Of a stretch of DNA of 64,000 nucleotides, positions 1-11,116 are shown one piece after another (the stretch's first letter is position 1; each line of letters begins with the position of its first letter). The stretch is from Nitrospirota bacterium. Lineage in GTDB: Bacteria; Nitrospirota; UBA9217. Location of the stretch: positions 1-64,000 of the forward strand of contig CAVWHO010000007.1 of assembly GCA_963754875.1 (NCBI GenBank). Reading direction: 5' to 3'. The position numbers were made by a program, and so were the translations under genes. The notes beneath the pieces were generated by a model, which was not told the DNA's origin, ran no database searches, and saw nothing but the letters and a program-made list of their open reading frames with translations.

Positions 1-467
1 ACTTGACCGCGGAGTTCTCCATTCGGGTACTTATCAGTATGGACATTGACGTAAGCGCCGCCGCTCTTGATCAGATCGACGAGGTCCCCAACCGTCTTCC
101 CCGCCAGAGAACCGACCAGATCCTTATCTGTAACGGTTCCTTTGGCAAGAACGCCGCTGAACTTGCCCTCTTTTTTCGGTCCCGCAAAGAGACCCACTAC
201 CGGCGCGCCTTCTTCACCCCTCTTACCCGCATGGATATGCGCTGCTTTGGCATTTTCGACGTTTTTCAGTTTCAGGGCGTAGGTGATCTCTTTCCCGTCC
301 TTGCTCAGCTTAAAATCAGCCTCGCCCGTCGCCTTTGTCGTTACAGCAGGTACTTCCTCCTTACCGACAAGCTTTGCCTTGAACACGCCATGAGAAGCCG
401 CCATGCCGAGAGAAGCTGTCAAAAAAATCGTGAATGCAATAAGGGAAATCAATTTTATTGTCTTCAT
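1..467 (-). CDS. CHRD domain secreted protein (runs off window start)
   Basis: Manual translation, absent from the ORF track: GGAGG RBS, signal peptide MKTIKLISLIAFTIFLTASLGMA, then LVGKEEVP, AAHIHAG and AYVNVHTDKYPNGELRGQV, which are CHRD motifs. Confidence 0.9.
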   Translation of the reverse strand, partial: MKTIKLISLIAFTIFLTASLGMAASHGVFKAKLVGKEEVPAVTTKATGEADFKLSKDGKEITYALKLKNVENAKAAHIHAGKRGEEGAPVVGLFAGPKKEGKFSGVLAKGTVTDKDLVGSLAGKTVGDLVDLIKSGGAYVNVHTDKYPNGELRGQ

Positions 468-940
468 GTTTAATTCCTCCTTCGTCGTTGAAATACCGTT
501 CTGTCTTCTAAAAATATATCATAATTTATTCATTCGATGCCAAATGATGTAAAAAAATGACTACGTGACGCCCATCAGCTGCAACAACAGCAAATTAATT
601 TGCTATACTTAAGTTTGATGCCCGAGAAGCCCTTTGCCGTTCAGACCGAAATCTAAATCCAATATGATCCCTGTGAAGCGTCACCGCCACGGCACTTTTC
701 GGAAGTAAAATGCATGTGAGTTGTCTTCTTGGCCGTTGCCAAAAAACTTGTTCACATTATCAGCTGATTCGCAGGTAAAAAAATTTTTGAACCTCTTGCT
801 ATTGTAGTCGACTTATTGTAATCTCTTCACGAGAAGATCTCCACGGAGCTGTACATTTGGGCTACTGACAATTATCTTGCTATATTTATCATTAGCTACA
901 TTCCACAGCATGTCAAATCTCACTCAAGGAGGAAGGTACT

Positions 941-2101
941 ATGTTCAAGAAGATGATTTTCGCAGCGCTCGCAGTTTGCCTGGCGCTTCCTGGTCTTTCC
1001 CAGGCCGCAAACCTCAAGCTCGGGTTCATCAATTCGATCACCGGGCCTGAAGCTCCGATCGGCGAGAACCTGACCAACGGCGTAACCCTCGCCATCGAAG
1101 ACTTGAAGAAAATGGGAATCAACGTCGATCTCATTACCGAGGACGACACCGGCAAGCCCGACAAGTCCCTGGCGGCGTTCGAGAAGCTCGCGACTCGTGA
1201 CAACGTCACCGGTATCGTCGGTCCTTACACCTCGGCCACGGCAAACGCAGATGCCAAGCTGGCGGAGCGGTACAAGGTGCCGGTGATCATTCCTGCTGCT
1301 TCGAAAGAAGAGATCACGCGCCAGGGCTATAAGTGGGTCTACCGGGTCTCGGGCACGACAGGCGATTACGCAGGCGTGCTGCTTGATCTTGCCACCACCC
1401 TCGGCAAGCCCAAGACTATCGCCATTCTGAACGAGAACACCGACTTTGGTGTTTCGGGGGCAAAGAGCGCAAAGGAGATCGCCGAAAAAAAGGGTATCAA
1501 GGTGGTGTTTGAAGAGTCTTACTCGAAAGGTTCACCCGACTACCGCTCCACCCTCGCCAAGGTGAAGTCCGAGAAACCGGACCTCGTGTTCATGGTTTCC
1601 TACGTCGCCGACGCTATCCTGCTGATGCGTCAATCGCGTGAGATCGGGCTTACGCCCATGGCGTTCCTCGGTGCCGGCGCAGGGTTTGCGGTGTCTCAGT
1701 TCGCAAAGGAAAAAGAGATAAGCCAGGGCGTCTTCTCCTCCACGCAATGGACCGAGGACGCACCGTGGCCGGGATCCAAGGCATGGTACCAGCGCTATGT
1801 AAAGCAGTTCGGCAAGCCGCCGACGTACCATGCGGCCTGTGCCTACGAATCAATGATGATAATGGGTCAGGCGGCTGCACATGCGGGTGGCGATCGGGAG
1901 AAGACGCGTGAGACGCTGCACACCGGAAAATGGAACGGCATCCTCGGCGAAGTCCGGTTCCAGGACTACGAGGGATACCAGAACCAGCGCAAAGCTGTGA
2001 TGCTGGTCGAGCAGGTGCAGAACGGGGAGCATGAGACCGTTTGGCCGCTCAAAGGTGCGGCGAAGAAGCCCATCTGGCCGTTCCCGGGCTGGACGAAGTA
2101 A
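941..2101 (+). CDS. livK: Branched-chain amino acid ABC transporter substrate-binding protein
   Basis: Signal peptide, EDDTGKP, type I periplasmic-binding pattern, AGGAGG RBS, operon context. Confidence 0.88.
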   Translation: MFKKMIFAALAVCLALPGLSQAANLKLGFINSITGPEAPIGENLTNGVTLAIEDLKKMGINVDLITEDDTGKPDKSLAAFEKLATRDNVTGIVGPYTSATANADAKLAERYKVPVIIPAASKEEITRQGYKWVYRVSGTTGDYAGVLLDLATTLGKPKTIAILNENTDFGVSGAKSAKEIAEKKGIKVVFEESYSKGSPDYRSTLAKVKSEKPDLVFMVSYVADAILLMRQSREIGLTPMAFLGAGAGFAVSQFAKEKEISQGVFSSTQWTEDAPWPGSKAWYQRYVKQFGKPPTYHAACAYESMMIMGQAAAHAGGDREKTRETLHTGKWNGILGEVRFQDYEGYQNQRKAVMLVEQVQNGEHETVWPLKGAAKKPIWPFPGWTK

Positions 2102-2112
2102 CTCACAAGTAC

Positions 2113-2147
2113 GAAGAGGAGCGGACCTGAAGTCCCGCTCCTCTTTT
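2113..2147 (+). terminator. Hairpin/intrinsic terminator after livK
   Basis: AAGAGGAGCGG...CCGCTCCTCTT followed by T run. Confidence 0.7.
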
Positions 2148-2287
2148 ATGTATTCGACTCAAATCTGAGCCTTTCACCGGACGACAGGATTAACCGACGC
2201 AACAGGCAAAGGCTGTTGTGATTTAATCCTGGGATCTTGTCAAAGGTTTTTTTCGGCTCACTGAAGCCGGATTACGATATCCAATCT

Positions 2288-3154
2288 ATGTCTGTCTTCA
2301 TTCAATCTCTCATAAGCGGCATCCTGATCGGCGGGGTCTACGCGTTGATCGGCATCGGCTTGACCATCATTTTCGGGGTCATGCGCGTTATCAACTTCGC
2401 CCACGGCGATCTTCTGATGATCGGCATGTACCTGACCTATTATCTTTTCACCCTTCTCCACATCGACCCTTTTGTTTCTATCATTATATCCATCCCGATC
2501 ATGTTCCTCTTCGGCGCTTTTCTGCAAAAAGTGTTCATCAACCGCGCCCTCAATGCGTTGCCTCAGAACCAAATCCTGCTGACCATCGGCATGGGTCTGG
2601 TGATGAGCAACTCGATCATGCTCGCTTTCACGTCGGACTACAAAATATTATCCACGTCCTATTCGTCCGGCAGCGTTACGGTTCTGGGAATCTCGATCTC
2701 CGAACCGCTGGTGTATTCCTTTATCATCACCGTAGCGATCACCGCTGCTTTGTACTGGTTCCTGTACAGGACCGACACGGGCCAGGCCATCAGGGCCACG
2801 GCCCAGGACCGCGAGGCGGCGCAGCTCATGGGGATCAACGTCAAACGCATGTCCATCATCGCCTTCGGGATCGGAACGGCGCTGGCAGGCACAGCAGGCG
2901 CGCTCATATCGCCGACCTATTACATTTTCCCCCAGGTCGGGAGCGTGTTTACGCTGAAGGCTTTTGTGATAACCGTGCTCGGCGGCATGGGAAGCATCGT
3001 GGGGGCCACGCTCGGCGGCGTGCTGATCGGCGTGGCCGAATCCGTGGGCGGCGTCTACCTCGGCTCGGGCTGGAAGGACGTCATCGTGTTCGTCTTGTTC
3101 CTGCTCGTGCTTCTGTTCAAGCCATCGGGTCTTCTGGGCACGTCCAAGGACTGA
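2288..3154 (+). CDS. livH: BCAA ABC permease
   Basis: YALIGIGLTIIFGVMRVINFAHG; GQAIRATAQDREAAQLMGIN. Confidence 0.92.
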   Translation: MSVFIQSLISGILIGGVYALIGIGLTIIFGVMRVINFAHGDLLMIGMYLTYYLFTLLHIDPFVSIIISIPIMFLFGAFLQKVFINRALNALPQNQILLTIGMGLVMSNSIMLAFTSDYKILSTSYSSGSVTVLGISISEPLVYSFIITVAITAALYWFLYRTDTGQAIRATAQDREAAQLMGINVKRMSIIAFGIGTALAGTAGALISPTYYIFPQVGSVFTLKAFVITVLGGMGSIVGATLGGVLIGVAESVGGVYLGSGWKDVIVFVLFLLVLLFKPSGLLGTSKD

Positions 3155-3218
3155 TGGGAGCATAAAGAACCAAACCGCGGAGATCACCGAGGAAAAAGTC
3201 GGAGATAGCCTCGAGGAT

Positions 3219-3296
3219 GTCATTCCGGCTTGTCCGGAATCCTTCTTCACGTAAGTGCGTTATATGGCACTATGACTCCCGACAAGCGGGAATGAC
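3219..3296. repeat. GTCATTCC...GGAATGAC palindromic REP-like element
   Basis: GTCATTCCGGCTTGTCCGGAATCC ... GACTCCCGACAAGCGGGAATGAC imperfect inverted pair between livH and livM. Confidence 0.7.
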
Positions 3297-3346
3297 GACC
3301 TTTTACAAGACCATTATTTGATGCACGTTTGTTCGAATTAATAAAT

Positions 3347-4420
3347 ATGAAATCATTCACAAACAATATACGCGGAATCAGCACCCTGCCGCTCCTTCTG
3401 GCGATCGTCGTGATCGTGCTTCTCTTCCTGGTCCCGAAATTCGTGACGAGCACCTACGCGCTCCACATCATGATACTCATCTTCATCAGCGTCATCACGG
3501 GATCGGCCTGGAACATCCTGGGAGGATATACGGGCCAGTACTCCGTGGGCCATTCCGCCTATTTCGGCGTGGGCGCCTACACCACGATGGTCCTGCTGCA
3601 ATACCGGCACATCGCTCCCTGGTACGGGATCTGGGCAGGCGTCGCTGTTGCCGTGGTAACAGCCCTGGTCATCGGCTCCATCTGCTTCCGTCTGCGCGGA
3701 CCTTATTTCGTCCTCGCGTCCATTGCCGTGGCCGAGATTTTCCGCGTCTCGGCCCTGAACCTGCCGAACCTGACGAACGGCGCCGAAGGCATCCTGATCA
3801 CCGAGGTGCCTCCGCTCACGATCGGCAACACGGTCGTCACCGATTTCCTTTCCAAGGTGCCCTTTTATTACACCGGACTCGTGATGGCGCTCGCCGTCAT
3901 TGCCGCGACCTGGCTCGTGCAAAACTCGAAACTGGGCTACTACTTTCAGGCCATCCGGGAAGACCAGGACGCAGCCCATTCGCTCGGCATCAACCTGACT
4001 CTTTATAAGAACGTGGCATTGTCCCTTTCGGCGATCTTCACTTCTCTTGCCGGCAGCCTCTACGGACTCTACGTCGGGTTTATCGATCCCGGGACGGTCC
4101 TGGACCTGAGCCTGTCGGTCCAGATCGTGATGACCTGCATCATCGGCGGAATCGGGACCATCCTCGGCCCTGCGATCGGCGCCTTGGTGCTGGTGCCGTT
4201 CTCCGAGGCCCTGCGCAGCAACGCCATCGCCCAGGCCCTGATCGACTCCGGATTGGTCAAGGGAAATTCAGCGCTCGGCGCCTTTCTGAAAGACCAACTA
4301 TCCCATGCCCATGTGCTGATCTACGGCATCCTCCTGGTCGTCGTCATCCTGTTCATGCCCGACGGCGTGCTGGGCTTCATCAAAAAGCTTGCCGCAAAAA
4401 GACGGAAAGGGGCGGCCTGA
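3347..4420 (+). CDS. livM: BCAA ABC permease
   Basis: [42 protein letters not shown]. Confidence 0.92.
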   Translation: MKSFTNNIRGISTLPLLLAIVVIVLLFLVPKFVTSTYALHIMILIFISVITGSAWNILGGYTGQYSVGHSAYFGVGAYTTMVLLQYRHIAPWYGIWAGVAVAVVTALVIGSICFRLRGPYFVLASIAVAEIFRVSALNLPNLTNGAEGILITEVPPLTIGNTVVTDFLSKVPFYYTGLVMALAVIAATWLVQNSKLGYYFQAIREDQDAAHSLGINLTLYKNVALSLSAIFTSLAGSLYGLYVGFIDPGTVLDLSLSVQIVMTCIIGGIGTILGPAIGALVLVPFSEALRSNAIAQALIDSGLVKGNSALGAFLKDQLSHAHVLIYGILLVVVILFMPDGVLGFIKKLAAKRRKGAA

Positions 4421-5139
4421 TGGCGATTCTCGAGATCAAGCGCGTCAGCAAGTTCTTCGGCGGCCTCGCGGCCAACTCCGACGTCTCCTTCGAGGTGAGC
4501 CGGGGCATGATCATGGGCCTTATCGGCCCGAACGGCGCGGGCAAGACGACTCTCTTTAACTGCATCACCGGCTATTATCCTCCCTCCCGCGGCGAGATCA
4601 TCTTCGACGGGCGGCGCATGAACGGGCTCCAGCCAGACGCCGTGTGCAAGTTCGGCATGGCGCGTACGTGGCAGAAGGTGCGGCCCCTTGCCAAGATGAC
4701 CGTCGTGGACAACGTCATGGTCGGTGCCTTGTGCCGCACAAACTCGCTCAAGACGGCACGCGAGATAGCAATGGAAGAGGTCCGGGTCGTGCATATGGAG
4801 CACCGCGCGAACGTCCGCGCAGGCAGCCTGCCCATCGGCGAGAGGAAAAAGCTCGAAGTGGCGCGCGTTCTCGCGACAAAGCCCAGGCTGCTGCTTCTGG
4901 ACGAGGTCATGGGCGGGCTCAACCCGGCGGAAAGCGAGGAGATCATCGGGCTGATCCTCGACATCAGGAAGCTCGGCATCACCCAGATGGTCATCGAACA
5001 CAACATGAAAACGATCATGCGCATCTCCGACAGGATCGTGGTCCTCAACTCCGGAGAAAAATTGGCCGAGGGCACACCCCAGGAGATCGTCTCGAATAGT
5101 GCGGTCGTCCAGGCCTATCTCGGAGAGGGCAATGCTTAA
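4420..5139 (+). CDS. livG: BCAA ABC ATP-binding protein
   Basis: Walker [16 protein letters not shown]-terminal VVQAYLG. Confidence 0.92.
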   Translation: MAILEIKRVSKFFGGLAANSDVSFEVSRGMIMGLIGPNGAGKTTLFNCITGYYPPSRGEIIFDGRRMNGLQPDAVCKFGMARTWQKVRPLAKMTVVDNVMVGALCRTNSLKTAREIAMEEVRVVHMEHRANVRAGSLPIGERKKLEVARVLATKPRLLLLDEVMGGLNPAESEEIIGLILDIRKLGITQMVIEHNMKTIMRISDRIVVLNSGEKLAEGTPQEIVSNSAVVQAYLGEGNA

Positions 5140-5836
5140 AATCGAGAAACTGAATTTCAGCTACGGCGATCTCAAAGTGCTTTGGGACGTGGACCTCGAC
5201 GTGCACGAAGGCGAGATCGTTACGGTCGTGGGTGCGAACGGGGCGGGCAAATCGACGCTCCTGAAAAATATTTCACGGCTCGTGAAACCCGGGTCCGGCG
5301 CGATCTCGTTCAATGATGTTGCTCTGACGAAATGCGAGGCACACGAGGTCGTGGAGCTCGGCGTGGTCCAGGTCCCCGAGGGCAGGAAGATCTTCCCCCA
5401 GATGTCGGTCAATGAGAACCTGAGGATGGGCTCATTCATCGGCAGTGCGCGGAAGAAGCGCGATGAAAACAGGGAACGGGTATTTACGATGTTCCCCCGT
5501 CTGAGGGAACGGGTGAATCAGCTCGGCGGCACGTTGTCCGGCGGCGAGCAGCAAATGCTCGCCATCGCCCGCGGTCTTATGGCCGAGCCGAAACTGCTCC
5601 TCCTGGACGAACCCTCCCTGGGACTGTCGCCGCTCCTCGTGAAGAACATTTTCGAGATCATCGCCGAGATCAGCCGCCAGGGCGTGACCATCCTGCTCGT
5701 CGAACAGAACGTCAACCAGTCGCTCCGCATCGCCCACCGTGCCTATGTCCTCGAAACCGGGAGAGTCGTGCTCTCCGGAAAAGGCGATGAGTTGCTGAAC
5801 AACGAACACGTGAAAAAAGCCTTTCTAGGAATGTAA
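5132..5836 (+). CDS. livF: BCAA ABC ATP-binding protein
   Basis: GANGAGKS, VPEGRKIF, LSGGEQQMLAIAR, DEPSLGL. Confidence 0.93.
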   Translation: MLKIEKLNFSYGDLKVLWDVDLDVHEGEIVTVVGANGAGKSTLLKNISRLVKPGSGAISFNDVALTKCEAHEVVELGVVQVPEGRKIFPQMSVNENLRMGSFIGSARKKRDENRERVFTMFPRLRERVNQLGGTLSGGEQQMLAIARGLMAEPKLLLLDEPSLGLSPLLVKNIFEIIAEISRQGVTILLVEQNVNQSLRIAHRAYVLETGRVVLSGKGDELLNNEHVKKAFLGM

Positions 5837-5953
5837 GTGCCGGCCCGCTCTTCCGCTGCCTCAGTCGTCTGTTTTCCGCGCCACGTGCTCCGCCCCTTTT
5901 AAAATCTTGTAATTTCATCGCTCCTGTTGTACTCTTTTGCAGGAGGAAATTCC

Positions 5954-6154
5954 ATGCCCATCATTAAAATTGACATCGCTAGCGTAACACAAGAACAAAA
6001 AGTCAGCCTGATCGAAAAGCTCACCACAGTGTCCGCCGAGATCACGAAGATCCCGCAGAGCGCTTTCACGATCATTATCAATGAATTGGGGAACGACAAT
6101 ATCGGGGTCGGCGGCAAGACGCTGAGAGAAGTACTGAAGGCAAGGAACTCGTAA
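5954..6154 (+). CDS. 4-oxalocrotonate tautomerase family protein (DmpI-like)
   Basis: AGGAGG RBS, catalytic N-terminal Pro (MPIIKID), C-terminal NIGVGG. Confidence 0.88.
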   Translation: MPIIKIDIASVTQEQKVSLIEKLTTVSAEITKIPQSAFTIIINELGNDNIGVGGKTLREVLKARNS

Positions 6155-6515
6155 CGAACATGATCGTAAGAGCTTTTATAGTTCTGGTCCTTGCGCTGCT
6201 TCCCGCAGCAAGACAGGTCGAGGCAAGCAATCATCATGGGCGGCAATAGCGCCTTTCCTCCTTATGGCGACTTACTCCTTAATGCCGATAAGCCGTCCCG
6301 AATGTTACTTGAAATGGTAGACCAGGACGCCGCTTGCCATCCGGAGACGCTGACTCATAAGGCGGGCCAATTTAATTACGAATTTAATGGCGAGCCGGGC
6401 TTTTCTCACTGCCTGGGCCTTTGTCCAGCAAGGAGGGGACGAGTGCTTTCAGTTTCCGAATTTGATATACTATCCATAGTTCAAAAGTAATTATCCGAGA
6501 GTCCAGGAGCCAACC

Positions 6516-7136
6516 ATGATAAAAACGAACCAAACTACCGTCTATGGAAATCTTGCGGAAATAATCGATCCCGGCCATTCGTGCCTTGTTATCTGGGATG
6601 TTCAAAAGGGCCTTGTAGACAGGATCTTCAACAAGGAAGAATTCCTCAACAACCTGAAAGCCCTCGTAGAAAACCTGCGGAAAAAGATGCCCATTGTCTA
6701 CACCCTCATAACACCGCCACCCCGAGAATTTCAGTCATCCTGGTATCTCTTTAATACGATGAGGCGCTACAATGTCAAAGAACTGGACAAGCTGCCGAAT
6801 TTCATGGCCCGGGGTTCGAAAGAGCGTGAAATCCCCGAGGTCGTCAAACCTGCGGAGAACGATATTCTTCTGGAAAAAGCGACGGCGAACATCTTTATCG
6901 GAACGAATTTCGAGTACCTGATGAGGAACAGGGGCATTACGACGTTGCTCTTCACGGGCATTGCGACTGAAATGGGGGTCGAATCTTCTGCACGGGACGC
7001 TGCAAATAGGGGGTTTTATTCCGTAGTCGTATCGGACTGCGTTTCTTCCATGGACAGGGAAGGCCACGAGCGGTCCCTGAAAAATCTCGAGAAAGTTGTT
7101 ATTGTGAAAAGCTCCGGCGAAATAGTAAAGACCTAG
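6516..7136 (+). CDS. Isochorismatase family hydrolase (YecD-like)
   Basis: LVIWDVQ, LEK, GIATEMGVESSARDAANRGF (Gly at the usual Cys position). Confidence 0.85.
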   Translation: MIKTNQTTVYGNLAEIIDPGHSCLVIWDVQKGLVDRIFNKEEFLNNLKALVENLRKKMPIVYTLITPPPREFQSSWYLFNTMRRYNVKELDKLPNFMARGSKEREIPEVVKPAENDILLEKATANIFIGTNFEYLMRNRGITTLLFTGIATEMGVESSARDAANRGFYSVVVSDCVSSMDREGHERSLKNLEKVVIVKSSGEIVKT

Positions 7137-7404
7137 TGCCTTTTCTCCAGGTCCGGATTTTCTTCTTTGGCACAGCCTCCTTCTGGTTCGACAATCGCAC
7201 ACACTCATACTTCAGAAGCACATTTTTTCGTGCGCGATTTAAGTTTATCACTGATCACAATCAAGAGGAATGGTTGTATTTGTGAGCTTTTTTCTATTGA
7301 CTTGACCAACGTTGAACCGATATTATGCAGTGCTTCATTCGCATGCATGTTGGCATGAGAACAACGATGAACCATTATGCTTTCCACAAACTGACGAGGC
7401 ATCC

Positions 7405-8643
7405 ATGAACACTGCCGGACCAATCGTCTCCTATCGCCGCTTTTGGCTGCCCGAACTGATTGTCCTCGCAGTACTGGCCTTTCTTGCAATCCTTCTTTTT
7501 GCATTCTCCCGGCTGGATATCGCGGCAACGCGATTGTTCTTTCATCCTGAGGGTGCTGATCTCTGGCCGATCGCAAACGAGCCGCTGTGGTCTCTCTTTT
7601 ACCGGGCCACACCCTGGATAACGGGGGCTCTTGCCGTTGCCGGCGTAATCATGATTGTCATCGGGCTGGTCCGCGAGAAATCGAAACGGTTGCGCTTGCA
7701 CGGGCTCTTCATACTGCTCTGCGTGGTCCTCGGCCCGGGCCTCATCATCAATGCGGTTTTCAAGGACCACTGGGGCAGGCCGCGTCCGCGCCAGATCGTC
7801 GAGTTCAGCGGCAAGTTCGATTACGTGCGTCCGCTCGTTCCGGCACGCGCCGGCGGCAAGTCCTTCCCCTGCGGCGACTCCTCGGTGGGATTTCTCATGT
7901 CAGCGGGCTGGTGGCTGTGGCGAAGGAGTCATCCGAAACGAGCAGCAGCGTCACTCGCGGCCGGTTTGATGCTCGGCACACTGATCGGCATCGGCCGCAT
8001 GGCCGCGGGCGCGCACTTTCTCTCCGATGTCATTTGGTCCGCCTTGATCGTGTATGGCGTTGCGCACGTACTCTATTACTACATTATGAGAGTGCCTGCC
8101 CGGGAGGATTCCCGCGGGGTGATGTACCCGATGATCGAGAGCAATCCGCGGCTGAAGACGGCCGCGATCGCTGCTTCATGCCTGCTTGGCGTGGGAATTA
8201 TCAGTGGTGGGATTTTTGCAAATCCGTCCAACAAGGACCTGGCGGCCCGCATTCAATTTGCCGACTATCCTGCAGCGCCGGTAAGGGTCGAAGTGCTCGT
8301 GGACACGCTTGACGTGGATATTGAGCTGACAGCAAAACCAGACAGGGAGATTGAGTGCAGAGGTGATATTCACGGCTTCGGTCTGCCGACGAACGAAATC
8401 AAGACTACGTGGGAATTTGAGGCGCAGCCAATGCCAACACTGCGCTACCGCGTCGTCGAGAAAGGCGTCTTCACCGATATCGACGGCGTGGTGCACCTCC
8501 GGATTCCCCTCCAGAACATACGCACGATCGTCGTGCGTGCCAAACGAGGAGATATCAGCGTCAAGAATGCGTCCGGCGCCGCATCAGGCCGGTTGCCGGT
8601 TATGGATCTCATTACCTTAAACGGCAACGTCCAGCGACTCTGA
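7405..8643 (+). CDS. PAP2 family membrane phosphatase (lipid A phosphatase-like) with extra C-terminal beta-rich domain
   Basis: KDHWGRPRP, SFPCGD, RMAAGAHFLSDV; several TM segments; start codon uncertain. Confidence 0.82.
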   Translation: MNTAGPIVSYRRFWLPELIVLAVLAFLAILLFAFSRLDIAATRLFFHPEGADLWPIANEPLWSLFYRATPWITGALAVAGVIMIVIGLVREKSKRLRLHGLFILLCVVLGPGLIINAVFKDHWGRPRPRQIVEFSGKFDYVRPLVPARAGGKSFPCGDSSVGFLMSAGWWLWRRSHPKRAAASLAAGLMLGTLIGIGRMAAGAHFLSDVIWSALIVYGVAHVLYYYIMRVPAREDSRGVMYPMIESNPRLKTAAIAASCLLGVGIISGGIFANPSNKDLAARIQFADYPAAPVRVEVLVDTLDVDIELTAKPDREIECRGDIHGFGLPTNEIKTTWEFEAQPMPTLRYRVVEKGVFTDIDGVVHLRIPLQNIRTIVVRAKRGDISVKNASGAASGRLPVMDLITLNGNVQRL

Positions 8644-8645
8644 TC

Positions 8646-8696
8646 GAGTGGAGCCCCCTCCGGCAGGAGCCGGGGGATTGCAAGTCGCGGGATTCA
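8646..8696. repeat. Dispersed ~50-bp hairpin repeat, copy 1
   Basis: GAGTGGAGCCCCCTCCGGCAGGAGCCGGGGGATTGCAAGTCGCGGGATTCA; related copies at 10584 and 13851. Confidence 0.88.
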
Positions 8697-8729
8697 CCTA
8701 CAGCGGCATCGCGCCATCACGATGGCCGA

Positions 8730-9212
8730 TCAGCGCCTCTCCTCACGCTCACGCCGTTCTCCTCGATTTCCCCGTCCTCTGCGTTCAGGTCTGTCCCAGT
8801 GCCGATCACGCTCCCAGGCTCGCCAGTTTTTCCTGACCGCGCCGTAGGGCACGCGTTCGTATCCCGGAGGGACATGGCGATAGCCGGGCGGCAGGCCGCG
8901 AAGGACGCGAGGCACACGCCGGATTCCAACGGCACCCCAGGGCCCGTTGTACTCACCGGAAATAAACCAGCGCCCCCGGTAAGGCCGGTACCAGTGGTCG
9001 TGATAAAAGAAAATATCCACTCCCACATCAGGCGGATAATACACATAGGTTCCCGGTATGACGATCAGAGCAGGCGGCGCAGGGATCACCAGACCGGGCA
9101 AACCCACGCCGATGTTCACATTTACCTCGGCCTTACTCTCCAGGGGAGAAACAAGGCCGTATGTCAACAACGCGCCACCGACAACTAATGCCATAAACAA
9201 TTTGCCTTTCAT
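8730..9212 (-). CDS. Secreted Pro/Trp/Arg-rich hypothetical protein
   Basis: GGAGG RBS, signal peptide, VNVNIGV, IFFYHDHWYR, YNGPW. Confidence 0.75.
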   Translation of the reverse strand: MKGKLFMALVVGGALLTYGLVSPLESKAEVNVNIGVGLPGLVIPAPPALIVIPGTYVYYPPDVGVDIFFYHDHWYRPYRGRWFISGEYNGPWGAVGIRRVPRVLRGLPPGYRHVPPGYERVPYGAVRKNWRAWERDRHWDRPERRGRGNRGERREREERR

Positions 9213-9492
9213 AACTGGACCTCCTGGAACGCTTATAAGTAATGTCAAAAATTAACACGGAGCACACAGAGGTAATTGCTTCCTCTTTTTTCTCAGCCTC
9301 TGTGATTTTTTTTGCTTTTCTTCTTTTTCATGAAATTTTTGACACTGCCCGCTTGCCATAAAACAAGCAGTCATATTGTTTGACACGAGCGCAGGCAAAT
9401 CGTTTAATGCTCCGACCTGGACATTTGTAAGGCTTATTACCCCGTTTTTTTCTATCCCTGCTACGCTGCTATCAAAGTACTTTTTATTACTA

Positions 9493-10563
9493 CTATTCTG
9501 CTGACGGGAGGATCGGCACTTTGAGCGCCTCTTCAGGAATTTTTCCGGTCAGCGACGAGAGAAATGCCGCAATGTCTGCTGCCTGTTCTTTTGTCAGGTC
9601 TCTCGCAAGCTGGATTTTTGCCATAATCACGACCGCGTCTGCAAGCTTGTCCACGGAGCCGTCGTGAAAATAAGGCGGCGTTTCCGCCACGTTCCTGAGC
9701 ACCGGTACCTTGAACACGAACTTGTCCGACGGGTTCTTGGTGACTGCGAATCTTCCGTCGTCGATGATCTGGCTCTTCGTGTACTTTGCATAGGGCTCGA
9801 ACACGCCGAACTTCTGGTACATCTGGCCGCCTACATAAGGACTGAAGTGGCACGTTATGCAGCCCGTGTCCATGAATGTCGTTAAGCCCCGCTTCTGCTG
9901 TGCGGTCAATGCTGCGGCATTGCCTTGCATGAAGTCATCAAAGGGTCCGGGCGTTACAAGCGTCCGCTCAAAGGCGCCGACGGCCTTCGCAAAGTTATCG
10001 ACGGTCACCGGCTCTTTCTCGTTCGGGAAGGCCTCCTTGAACATCGCCGCGTACCCTTTCATGCTCTTCAGGATTTTCTCTACGGACTCGTAATTCGGCA
10101 TGCCGAACGAGGGCGGACCGATCAGCGCCTGCCTGGCCTGGTCCTCCACGCTCGTCCGGTTGCCGATCCAGTGTTCGGAGATCTGGGATGCTGCGTTAAA
10201 GACGGTCGGATCATTTCTCGGGTTCTCTTTGCAGTTATTTCCCAGTGACTTCCTGAGCCCGTCGACGGCGTAGAGGCTGAGCGGATGGCACTTGACGCAG
10301 CTCACCGTCCTGTCGACGGAGATCCGGGATTCCCAGAACAGCACGTTTCCCAGCTTCACTTTCTCCGGAGTAATGGGATTATCGGGCGAAGGCATCGAGG
10401 CAGGCAGGGGTCCGAAGATCGCCTTTGCCTTATTTATCAGTTCCGTGTCCGCGTCTGCCGCGCGAACTGTGGTTGCCGCGCTCAAAATGCAAATGGCAAC
10501 TGTGATCAGCACGGAGCTCAGCCACCGAACAGCCCTGCTCATGGTGTTTCTCTTGATGTTCAT
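9493..10563 (-). CDS. Di-haem cytochrome c peroxidase (CcpA/MauG family)
   Basis: CVKCH and CITCH, RNDPTVFN, FKVPVLRNVAETPPYFHDGS. Confidence 0.92.
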   Translation of the reverse strand: MNIKRNTMSRAVRWLSSVLITVAICILSAATTVRAADADTELINKAKAIFGPLPASMPSPDNPITPEKVKLGNVLFWESRISVDRTVSCVKCHPLSLYAVDGLRKSLGNNCKENPRNDPTVFNAASQISEHWIGNRTSVEDQARQALIGPPSFGMPNYESVEKILKSMKGYAAMFKEAFPNEKEPVTVDNFAKAVGAFERTLVTPGPFDDFMQGNAAALTAQQKRGLTTFMDTGCITCHFSPYVGGQMYQKFGVFEPYAKYTKSQIIDDGRFAVTKNPSDKFVFKVPVLRNVAETPPYFHDGSVDKLADAVVIMAKIQLARDLTKEQAADIAAFLSSLTGKIPEEALKVPILPSAE

Positions 10564-10583
10564 CGTAAGACCTCCTGATATAA

Positions 10584-10694
10584 GAGTGGAGCCCCCTCCG
10601 GCAGAAGCCGGAGGCGCCCTCTAATAATGCGACCTCCCGCGGTTTACGACGCATTACCCCGGCAGGAGCCGGGGATTACAAGTCGCGGGATTCA
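10584..10694. repeat. Dispersed hairpin repeat, copy 2 (expanded, core hairpin duplicated)
   Basis: GAGTGGAGCCCCCTCCGGCAGAAGCCGGAGG ... CCCCGGCAGGAGCCGGGGATTACAAGTCGCGGGATTCA. Confidence 0.85.
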
Positions 10695-11116
10695 TATTTT
10701 CAGCGATTAATCCTGAAAACATTGACCGGACAAAACACGCAAACGCACTTATTCAGAATATAGCTGAAAAAAAACATATTGCAAGAGAGCGAAGAGAATC
10801 ATGCTTCTTTCGTATTACGAGCATGAAAAAAAACGTTCTTTGTTGTAGTTTGACGCGAAGAATTGTCGAGTTCTCCTTGAAACGGACATATCGCGCTAAG
10901 ATACGCTGCAATACCGGGGACCAGCGCCGAGGGAAGGTCGAAGCAAAGTTGTTGCCGTAATCGACAATAAAATTTGGCAAGAACTCTCAAAAAAACACCC
11001 GGAGCCCCGCAACACTTCGCGTCGGGCTCCGGACTTGTACGAGAATGACTGTGGGACGTCTGTTGCCGGGCTTCTCAAGGATCGGCAACGGAGTGATATT
11101 TTTCCGTCAGTGCGGC

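Noticed and set aside
3..473. 156-aa plus-strand ORF
   Set aside because: Shadow of the minus-strand CHRD gene
9380..9450. Plus-strand TTGACA-17-TTTAAT as an sRNA promoter
   Set aside because: No clear terminator hairpin or other support
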